This document shows, in pieces, positions 1-7,613 of a stretch of DNA of 64,000 nucleotides; the first letter of the stretch is position 1, and each line of letters opens with the position of its first letter. The stretch lies in the IMG/VR virus record IMGVR_UViG_3300028920_000023; one strand, given 5' to 3'. A program made the translations under genes and the position numbers. The notes beneath the pieces were generated by a model. That model made no database searches, was not told the origin of the DNA, and was given only the letters and a program-made list of their open reading frames with translations. The stretch comes from a virus (Duplodnaviria; Caudoviricetes).

Positions 1-1
1 C

Positions 2-175
2 GATATCATCATCGACGAAGTCCCTCAGACCAATAATTTTATGCCAATCCTCCTCAGTAAGAGAAAGATCGCTATTCGGACCCAACAAGTTCTGTAAACG
101 ACTGATTTCGGAAGACAGAACACCCAATTCACAGAATAAACTAATCTGTTGATCCTTAGTTAGATCAACTTTCAC
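2..175 (-). CDS. partial hypothetical protein, runs off the window edge
   Basis: Own translation from GTG at 175: MKVDLTKDQQISLFCELGVLSSEISRLQNLLGP..., open to base 2; start overlaps the stop of the upstream ORF. Confidence 0.5.
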   Translation of the reverse strand, partial: MKVDLTKDQQISLFCELGVLSSEISRLQNLLGPNSDLSLTEEDWHKIIGLRDFVDDDI

Positions 176-374
176 AATCCGATTGTGGCCTACGCAATCC
201 GAAGCATGAGCAGGCTCTGTCATTATGTGCTCTCCTCTTGTCTTTCACTTTGGAGTCAATGCATTCGCACATCTTGGAGTGATTGAATTCTTCGTCTGCT
301 TCGCCCCAAAATATACAGTCTCTGCATTTCTTGTTTCTAGGATTATAGTTAGATATTATTGTTATTATGGACAT
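165..374 (-). CDS. small Cys-rich hypothetical protein
   Basis: ATG at 374 with GGTGGGGG SD; CRDC, CEC and CSC motifs; the track start at 440 lies in the array trailer. Confidence 0.6.
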   Translation of the reverse strand: MSIITIISNYNPRNKKCRDCIFWGEADEEFNHSKMCECIDSKVKDKRRAHNDRACSCFGLRRPQSDCES

Positions 375-467
375 ATGTCCCCCACCAAGACAACCGTCGC
401 GGTCTTCCTTTTGCCGTCCGTTCCGCGTTGAACAGATCACCGGACTGAACGATAGAGCGTTGGCTTA

Positions 468-881
468 CCACGCGCCCGTACGCACGCGGAACGATTTGGC
501 CACTAGGAGTACAGCTCGCTGTACCACGCGCCCGTACGCACGCGGAACAAACCCTCCGGCAGTAGGCCAGTCAGGTTTGCCTTACCACGCGCCCGTACGC
601 ACGCAGAACAAACCCAACGTCCACAACAGGGATGAAGTGAACAGCCCACGCGCCCGTTGACGTCCACTTTTGGCCATTGCACGTTCCACGCGCCCGTACG
701 CACGCGGAACAGACCCTACCGCCGTTGCCTACGTCATTTGCCCAAACCACGCGCCCGTACGCACGCGGAACAGACGTTCTGTCCAGGGTCGGCACTACCC
801 CACGCGCCCGTACGCACGCGGAACTCGGCGTGCCTGCTCGCGTTGACGCTGTTGCTCCACGCGCCCGTACACACGCGGAAC
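468..881 (-). CRISPR. orphan CRISPR-like array, 25-bp repeat (minus strand GTTCCGCGTGCGTACGGGCGCGTGG), 8 copies, one truncated
   Basis: CCACGCGCCCGTACGCACGCGGAAC at 468, 524, 585 (1 mismatch), 646 (first 12 bp only), 686, 747, 800, 857 (1 mismatch); spacers 31, 36, 36, 28, 36, 28, 32 bp; degenerate remnants at 409-433 and 915-921; no cas gene in the window. Confidence 0.7.
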
Positions 882-1021
882 TCCGTAACGATTCCTGTGG
901 GCAAAGCGTGCTGGGCGGAACTCCATAGTTCGTCTTCGACTATCACTTCTGGATAGCCTCTAGGCGACCGTATAGCCTGAAAACCCACAGGACTGAATTG
1001 TCAAAGAACCACTGCGGACCG

Positions 1022-1049
1022 CTTGTATCGAAGCAGGAAAACACATAAA
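1022..1049 (-). promoter_or_regulatory. candidate promoter pointing into the array
   Basis: TTTATG-N16-TACAAG preceded by CGA; same layout as upstream of 20745, 27623, 52651 and 63398. Confidence 0.4.
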
Positions 1050-1101
1050 TTTAATCATCAATAGTATCATCATCTGATTTGAAAACACTAAGGATTGCGC
1101 C

Positions 1102-1128
1102 GATAATTATCACGAGTATAATTATCAC
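1102..1128. promoter_or_regulatory. palindrome GATAATTATC within a direct repeat ATAATTATCAC x2 (operator-like)
   Basis: ATAATTATCAC at 1103-1113 and 1118-1128; 1102-1111 is a perfect palindrome resembling half a Fur box. Confidence 0.35.
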
Positions 1129-1217
1129 CGCAGAAATAAGTAATCCAGAAGTCATAAAAGAGCCTCCAGCACACAACTTTCAACACCATAAAAAAGAGGT
1201 ACTATGCACATTGTGAG

Positions 1218-1277
1218 GTCGATACAAGGAGAAACACCATGCGCTGCGTCGATACAAGGAGAAACACCATGCGCTGC
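1218..1277 (+). repeat. perfect 30-bp tandem duplication containing SD and ATG
   Basis: GTCGATACAAGGAGAAACACCATGCGCTGC at 1218-1247 and 1248-1277. Confidence 0.97.
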
Positions 1278-4172
1278 ACCTATGCACTCCTCTTTTTTGC
1301 ACCCGTTCTATGTTTTGGCACAGAAGAAGCCCTACTCAACACAGACGCCACCACAGACACAGACAAACACGACTGGCGCATCCACGCAGACACCAACCAA
1401 CAAGGCCTCTGGCACGCCATCTGGTATCGCACCAAACCAGACAACACAATCAGCATCCTAAAAGCCAAAAGCACCGACAACGGATACACCTGGAACACAC
1501 CAACAGTCCTAAGCCAAAACAGCATCGCAGACGCCAAACACACATCACCCAAAATAGCCACAGACAAACAAGGCCTCTGGGTAGCCACCTGGATGACAAA
1601 CGACAACCAACAAGGACGCAAAACCTCCTACAACATAGCCATACGCACAAGCACAAACAACGGAGAAACCTGGACCAAAACCAAAATCATCGGAACAAAC
1701 TCCTGCAAAGACCCAGACATCAAAATACACAACGGAACAATACTAATAGCCTGGGACTACTGGGACGGCAACAAAACCAACATCGCATATAGAACCAGCA
1801 CAAACGGAAGCACCTGGAGCAACACAACAATCTTCAACCACGACGGAGACGACAGCAACGTCAACATAGAAGCACACAACAGCACCTGGGCCATAACCTG
1901 GAGCAAAACCTACACAATCGGATCATACAAACAATCAGACATCTTCCTAACCCACAGCACAGACCTACAAAACTGGACAACACCACAAAAAATCAACAAC
2001 GGCAAAACAGGACAACAAAGCTACGACATCTACCCAAAAATCGAAACAAACGGAAACAAGTGGGTAGTCATCTGGAACGGCAAAAACACACTCAACAACG
2101 CCGGAACAGACTACGACATCATCAGCACAACCAGCACAGACCTACAAAACTGGACAACACCAACCGTTGTCAACAGCAACGGCACAACAGACAACAGATC
2201 AGACGAAGACCAGCAAATCGTCTACAACCAAGGAATTTGGACAGCAGTATGGTCCGGCTCCAATAACGTAGACATCAACGACATGGACGTCTACTACGCC
2301 ACAAGCACAGACGGACAAAACTGGGGGCCAAGGCAAGCCCTCAAATCAAACACCTACACAGATCCAACCTGGGTCGACGACGAAGCACCAAACATCTTCA
2401 CAGACGGAACTGGCTGGCTAATTGCCTGGACCTCCGAAGACAACAGAGACAACTGCGAAGCAGACAGAGACCTCTTCTACACCGTCAGCACAGACGGACA
2501 AAACTGGAACACCACACCACCAGCACCCCTAATCGCACAAGACGACCAATACACAACACAAGAAGACCAAAGCATACACAACAGCGTACTAACCAACGAC
2601 AACCCAGAAATATCATCAAGATCATTAGTCGCAAAACGAACCACCCTAAACGCCACACTAAACTCGCCACCCTCACATGGAACACTAGACTTCCATGCCG
2701 ACGGAACATTCACATACCAGCCAGACACCGGATACAATGGACAAGACACCTTCACATACACCGCCACAGACGGGATAAGAATATCCAACGAAGCCACAGC
2801 GCACATCACCGTACAGCCCATCAACGCCATAATACCAACCGCCATAATACAAGCCAGCCTCTGGAATATCCAGGTCGGTGATGATGTAGGATTCGATGGT
2901 AGCCATTCAGAAGATATCGACGGGGAAATTATAGAACACCTGTGGGATTTCGGAGATGGAACCATCATGGTAGGTGAGATACTAACTCACAAGTATAACA
3001 ACCCAGGCAATTATGAAGTCACACTCACAGTAACAGACAACGAAGGACTAACCGATAACGATACAATCATTATTATAGTAGAAAAAACAGAAGAAGGCAA
3101 CGATAAATTCGATATCGACGACGGCAAAATAACACCAAAAGACACATATATCGTCACAGCCAAAGTACTTGGAGCAGCCATCGAGATACCAGGACAATAC
3201 GAACTCATGGTCACAACCAGAATCAAGATCGGGGACGAAATCTTCGAATGCTGGGGAGACTGGAACAATGCGACCGAATCCAACGTGAACGACCATCAAG
3301 TGCATACCTGGACATCCGATAGAGAATTCGACATGCTCCCAATCTCCGCACAGGGGAAATCCTGGAAGAAGTACGGACAGAGCTGGAGACCCTTTATAAC
3401 AGTAGACTCAGAAACAAAACCTCAAATGGTCAAAATACTCAAGAATGGAGACACAATCCCAAATCTCTTGCCCTGGAACAACCAGAGCAATATAGAGGAT
3501 TTCATACAAGGCTTTCTGGATCTAGAGACGAATACCATCACACTGAACGAGAACGAAGCGATTTTCCTTTTCGAACTGGGTACAACCGACCCACACAGCG
3601 CCGCAGCCGATTACCAAGACCTCGTTGTCCTAATCTCCCTCGGGGAACCAGAACCCACACCAGAACCCACACCAGAACCCACACCAGAACCCACACCAGA
3701 ACCCACACCAGAACCCACACCAGAACCCACACCAGAAGCCAGAAAACCAGGATTTAAGCAGCTAAAATACAGAACAGTCTGGGATAAAGACAATCAAGAC
3801 CAATTCATGCTTAAAATGATAGACTTCGACGGACAGAACGGAGACCAAATAACAATAACCGTAGGCAAAAACACCTGGACAATCGAACTAGGGAAAGGAA
3901 ACGCACACAAAGACAACAATATAAGAGCCAAAGTGACCTCAAGCAACATGCTAATGTTCAAATGCGTGAGAGGAAACTTTGAAGACAACCTAGACTACAG
4001 ATCAAAGAAACAAAAGAAAGGAACAATGACACTGCCCATCACTGTCAATATAAACGAATCAACATTCAATTATAAAATCGACGTCGATTACAAAGTAAAA
4101 TCCAGGAAGAAAGAAGAATTCTCAATCTTCGGAAAGGACCTACGCAAAAGAAGAAAAACTAACCGTTTCTAA
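1239..4172 (+). CDS. secreted/surface protein: BNR/sialidase-like propeller, Big/cadherin-like domain, PKD domain, PEPT linker
   Basis: Signal-like MRCTYALLFFAPVLCFG from the second ATG (1269); repeated STDGxxW/STNNGxTW Asp-boxes; HGTL..ADGTFTYxP..GYNGxDTFTY; FDGSxS.D.DG.I..YxWDFGDG PKD motif. Confidence 0.8.
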   Translation: MRCVDTRRNTMRCTYALLFFAPVLCFGTEEALLNTDATTDTDKHDWRIHADTNQQGLWHAIWYRTKPDNTISILKAKSTDNGYTWNTPTVLSQNSIADAKHTSPKIATDKQGLWVATWMTNDNQQGRKTSYNIAIRTSTNNGETWTKTKIIGTNSCKDPDIKIHNGTILIAWDYWDGNKTNIAYRTSTNGSTWSNTTIFNHDGDDSNVNIEAHNSTWAITWSKTYTIGSYKQSDIFLTHSTDLQNWTTPQKINNGKTGQQSYDIYPKIETNGNKWVVIWNGKNTLNNAGTDYDIISTTSTDLQNWTTPTVVNSNGTTDNRSDEDQQIVYNQGIWTAVWSGSNNVDINDMDVYYATSTDGQNWGPRQALKSNTYTDPTWVDDEAPNIFTDGTGWLIAWTSEDNRDNCEADRDLFYTVSTDGQNWNTTPPAPLIAQDDQYTTQEDQSIHNSVLTNDNPEISSRSLVAKRTTLNATLNSPPSHGTLDFHADGTFTYQPDTGYNGQDTFTYTATDGIRISNEATAHITVQPINAIIPTAIIQASLWNIQVGDDVGFDGSHSEDIDGEIIEHLWDFGDGTIMVGEILTHKYNNPGNYEVTLTVTDNEGLTDNDTIIIIVEKTEEGNDKFDIDDGKITPKDTYIVTAKVLGAAIEIPGQYELMVTTRIKIGDEIFECWGDWNNATESNVNDHQVHTWTSDREFDMLPISAQGKSWKKYGQSWRPFITVDSETKPQMVKILKNGDTIPNLLPWNNQSNIEDFIQGFLDLETNTITLNENEAIFLFELGTTDPHSAAADYQDLVVLISLGEPEPTPEPTPEPTPEPTPEPTPEPTPEPTPEARKPGFKQLKYRTVWDKDNQDQFMLKMIDFDGQNGDQITITVGKNTWTIELGKGNAHKDNNIRAKVTSSNMLMFKCVRGNFEDNLDYRSKKQKKGTMTLPITVNINESTFNYKIDVDYKVKSRKKEEFSIFGKDLRKRRKTNRF
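3648..3737 (+). repeat. 12-bp tandem repeat CCAGAACCCACA x7 encoding (PEPT)7
   Basis: Seven perfect copies plus a partial copy, read directly. Confidence 0.95.
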
Positions 4173-4509
4173 TCCTTTCACTCAAATACTCGACCTCCTG
4201 TCTAATCCGCTGATCCGTCTCAACAGCATGGCCCATCCTGCGAACAACATAATGGACCGAAGAATGATCACGATCACAAAAAAACTGACCAATCTCAGAC
4301 AAACTATGATCAGTCAACTCCCTACATAAATAAATCGCAAAATGCCTAGCCCTAACAGCCGTAACATGCCTCCGATGCGAACGAACGACATCCCTGTCGA
4401 TATTATATCTAGAAGCAACAACACCAACTATCTCCGACATCGACAAAATGCTACCAACCTCCCTATCTGGGGACCACCTACCGCACCAGGGGCATCTCAT
4501 CATGACCAC
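4159..4509 (-). CDS. stand-alone DnaA C-terminal (domain IV) DNA-binding protein
   Basis: EIVGVVASRYNI..RSHRR..VRARHFAIYLCRELTDHSLSEIGQFF.DRDHSSVHY matches DnaA domain IV; no AAA+ domain. Confidence 0.85.
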   Translation of the reverse strand: MVMMRCPWCGRWSPDREVGSILSMSEIVGVVASRYNIDRDVVRSHRRHVTAVRARHFAIYLCRELTDHSLSEIGQFFCDRDHSSVHYVVRRMGHAVETDQRIRQEVEYLSERIRNG

Positions 4510-4892
4510 CCATCAAAACCAACAGAACCGTATTCCACACGTGTACAAAAGACCGACAGGCTGTAGCTTGTGCTCTGCAAAACGAAGTCGATTCGGTAGT
4601 ACCTGTCCTGGTCCCGGATGATGTCCCCTCTGGTCGGTGGTATCGTCAGATTGATGAATTTCCTATCGTCATTCTTTCTGTTGCTGATCAGCAGATTCGC
4701 TCTAAGCCCCTTTAGACTTTCCTCTAGGCCGTCACAAATGTCCAGAATTCGGTCATGCTCGTAATCATCGAATTGTGTTACGACGATACTGCCGTCTCTG
4801 ATGTGTAGATCCGGTGCTGGTTCCCAACCGACATCACCTTTAAAGCTAAGGCATGATATTGCTCTTACTTCGTTGCTCTTGTGTATCTGCAC
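4500..4892 (-). CDS. hypothetical protein, weak head-tail-joining-like motif
   Basis: 130 aa with GGAG SD; PTRGDIIRDQDRYYRIDFV motif. Confidence 0.5.
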   Translation of the reverse strand: MQIHKSNEVRAISCLSFKGDVGWEPAPDLHIRDGSIVVTQFDDYEHDRILDICDGLEESLKGLRANLLISNRKNDDRKFINLTIPPTRGDIIRDQDRYYRIDFVLQSTSYSLSVFCTRVEYGSVGFDGWS

Positions 4893-4993
4893 TTTGTGTT
4901 CTCCCTTTTCCCCGTCCTATCGCTCCATATGCGATTAGGAAGTAGAGCGCCAAAAACATATATCTTCGATATCGCCTGCGTAAAGCTATCCAT

Positions 4994-5001
4994 CAAAGAT
5001 A
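4994..5001 (+). promoter_or_regulatory. candidate late promoter CAAAGATA
   Basis: TCAAAGATACCATAA (4993-5007) is 14/15 identical to the minus-strand motif at 20664-20678; 24 nt before the sigma ATG. Confidence 0.6.
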
Positions 5002-5025
5002 CCATAAGACAAGGAGACAATACTG

Positions 5026-7299
5026 ATGGAACTGAGTGAAAAACTAGATCGCGTGTTTGGTCTAAAGCAAGTATTCGTTGAAGAAAATCAAGTATTAGAC
5101 GCCAACAAATGGCAAGCAGCAGACCCAGACCACCTAAACAAATTAGCTTTCTCTAAAAGCACAGGAGCACGAATGAACGCGCTCCTGAGAATCTTACGCG
5201 ATCTAGGCGAATACGACCTATTAAACACAATCAAAAAATATGACTCAGAAAATCCAAATTCAAGAAATCTAGCTTATGAGCTATACAAGCAAGCACGCAA
5301 AGAAGCACGCAAAGAAGCCAACAAAAGAGCTGCCATAGACCCCACCAGACGCGGCAAAGTCTTACGCAGAAGAGAAGCAGAAGCGCCAGCAGCTGGTATA
5401 GAGAAATCCCCAGAATCCAAACTGGTGGACCTGGCCCAAGCACGAGAAAAACCAGACAGAGAAAGACCAGACGATTATCGTTGGGCAATCATGGATGTAG
5501 ACACCGGAGAATATGCCAAAGACGACCAAGGCCACGCCATAACCGCAGAAACAGAAGACGACGCCCAAGCCCTAATCGACGGCGAAGTCGATATGTTCCC
5601 AGACCCGGACCAGTACACACCTAAAAGAATTGAAAACCCCAAATCACTAAAAGCACTAAGTAAAATCGTTAAACCACTACAGAATGGTTGGACTATGGAC
5701 GAAGTAGTCAAAGCGCTCATGCCTTATATCAGAAGTTTATCATGGAAATTCAGAAATGAAAAAGCAGACTTCGACGACCTAACTCAGACAGGCGCATTAG
5801 CCGTACACAACGCTATAGAAACAGACAAAGGCATAGCGCCATTCGCATGGCACGCCTATCCGCATGTCAAAGGGGCAATCATGAACACCGCCCTACGTGG
5901 TGGCGTAGTGTCCGGAGGAGAAAGAACATTCCGGCAAAAAGGACCAATCTCCGGATATACCATACTCTGGCGAGAACCAGAAGACAACCCAGACGAAGAA
6001 CCTAGATCAATTCACTTCGGCAGTAAAGAAATGACCGGAGCTCAATATGGGGGAACAGCTAGAGCAGAAGCGGGAAAAGGCGGAAGATCCGACCCCGGTC
6101 TAGAAAAAGCAAAACAGATGCAAGACCGACTCCGCGAAAGAGGTATCATCTCAGCCATCCGACCAGAACGACAAAGACTGGCGTCAATGGCATCCAAACT
6201 AAAAGGATCAGAAGGACAAACCGAACTTGGCGATACAGTCAAAGCAACCAAAGTAGCATCCCCAGAATTCATAACCCAACAGCAAGAATTATTCAATATG
6301 CTTATGGATAAAGCAGAATTGAATGATAAAGAAAAAGAAGTAATGAGAATGGCCTATGGACTCGATGTACCAGAAGCAGGACTTAGAGGCCCCTCCTACA
6401 GCGGAAGAGACCAAGGCGTCTTCGGTCCACCCGAATCAGGTGAAAAAGAAAGAAAACCGGGAGAACAATGGGGCATACCCTCGCCAACTGCCCAAGGCAA
6501 GCTCCTCAGACGCCATGCAGGCGAACTCGAAGGAGAACCCGAAGCAAGAGGGCCAGTAGAAATATCCGATATCCTGGGAATGCCGCGTAGCACCGTAAAA
6601 CGAAATTTCCAATCCGGTAGTAAGAAGCTGTACAAAGCAAGAGACGAACTATACAAACAATACCCGCATCTGCGACCCTTCATGAACAAAGCCTTTGGGA
6701 AGAAAAAAGCAGAAGAACCAGTAGGGAAGCCAACAAAGAAAGCCGCAAGGAAACCAAAGCCCGCAACAGTACCGGCTGCAGCGCCAGGGCAATACGACCA
6801 AGAAACGCTAGACTGGGCTCAAAAACACGGCTTCCCGCCAGAACAAGCCGCAATAATGATGCAAGCATTACGTAGCGCAGGAAAATTAGATGATAGCTTA
6901 GACAGAATCTTCGATGGGGAACTAGATCAACTGGACGAGCGATTTGGGCGAAAAGAAGTACCAAACATCAAAGCAACAAACTATTATTGCGCACGATGTG
7001 GGGAAACTACAAGACACTCCCTCAGAGGAGATAAATCGACCTGCGAAAAATGTGGAGCCATAAAAAGCAAAGTAACAGAAAGCCAAGCAGTATACGAAGC
7101 CAACATCATGTACCGTACATTCCTTAAAGCAACAAGGAAAATACGTAAAGCAGCCATAGAAGAAATAGACGAAAGATCAAAGCACATCCTAGAAGGAATA
7201 GACGAGCAAGAAATCAAAAACCTCTTAGAAATAGAAGACATCTGCAGACAACACCTGATAAAAGCAATCGTCTCCGGAGATTACAACGACATCGTCTAA
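5026..7299 (+). CDS. very large sigma70-family factor with N-terminal, internal and C-terminal extensions and a Zn ribbon
   Basis: Region 2 (ALMPYIRSLSWKF..DFDDLTQTGALAVHNAIE..FAWHAY..VKGAI); region 4 (LNDKEKEVMRMAYGL ... EISDILGMPRSTVKRNFQSGSKKL); CARC..CEKC. Confidence 0.75.
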   Translation: MELSEKLDRVFGLKQVFVEENQVLDANKWQAADPDHLNKLAFSKSTGARMNALLRILRDLGEYDLLNTIKKYDSENPNSRNLAYELYKQARKEARKEANKRAAIDPTRRGKVLRRREAEAPAAGIEKSPESKLVDLAQAREKPDRERPDDYRWAIMDVDTGEYAKDDQGHAITAETEDDAQALIDGEVDMFPDPDQYTPKRIENPKSLKALSKIVKPLQNGWTMDEVVKALMPYIRSLSWKFRNEKADFDDLTQTGALAVHNAIETDKGIAPFAWHAYPHVKGAIMNTALRGGVVSGGERTFRQKGPISGYTILWREPEDNPDEEPRSIHFGSKEMTGAQYGGTARAEAGKGGRSDPGLEKAKQMQDRLRERGIISAIRPERQRLASMASKLKGSEGQTELGDTVKATKVASPEFITQQQELFNMLMDKAELNDKEKEVMRMAYGLDVPEAGLRGPSYSGRDQGVFGPPESGEKERKPGEQWGIPSPTAQGKLLRRHAGELEGEPEARGPVEISDILGMPRSTVKRNFQSGSKKLYKARDELYKQYPHLRPFMNKAFGKKKAEEPVGKPTKKAARKPKPATVPAAAPGQYDQETLDWAQKHGFPPEQAAIMMQALRSAGKLDDSLDRIFDGELDQLDERFGRKEVPNIKATNYYCARCGETTRHSLRGDKSTCEKCGAIKSKVTESQAVYEANIMYRTFLKATRKIRKAAIEEIDERSKHILEGIDEQEIKNLLEIEDICRQHLIKAIVSGDYNDIV

Positions 7300-7613
7300 G
7301 TTTCCTCGGAGGAAACCTCATCATCAAACTCGACAGAACGACGCTGCAACTCTAAAATATCAGGCTCTTTTTCGGCCAGTCTCTCATTACCAAGAGACTG
7401 GCCTTTCTCTATCCACTCGTCTTTCTCAAGTATGGACTCCACACGGTTCTCGTCTAGAAATATCCACTCCACTTCACTAAATGTTCCACAGACCCTCTCG
7501 TGGACATTCTTGAAGAAACCCTGGAATGATGGTATCTGCCGGCCTTTGTTATCGCGAACCACAACGATCCCAGAGTGATAAAGAACGACCTTTACGACGT
7601 TTCGATATGACAT
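7296..7613 (-). CDS. hypothetical protein
   Basis: ATG at 7613 (MSYRNVVKVVLYHSG) with GAGGAG SD. Confidence 0.6.
   Translation of the reverse strand: MSYRNVVKVVLYHSGIVVVRDNKGRQIPSFQGFFKNVHERVCGTFSEVEWIFLDENRVESILEKDEWIEKGQSLGNERLAEKEPDILELQRRSVEFDDEVSSEET

Noticed and set aside
367-988. Track ORFs across the repeat array
   Set aside because: Products of the GC-rich repeat (HAPVRT/RARTHA), overlapping on both strands, with no SD.
4531-4539. DnaA box next to the DnaA-domain gene (TATTCCACA)
   Set aside because: Two mismatches to TTATCCACA, a single copy, and inside coding sequence.
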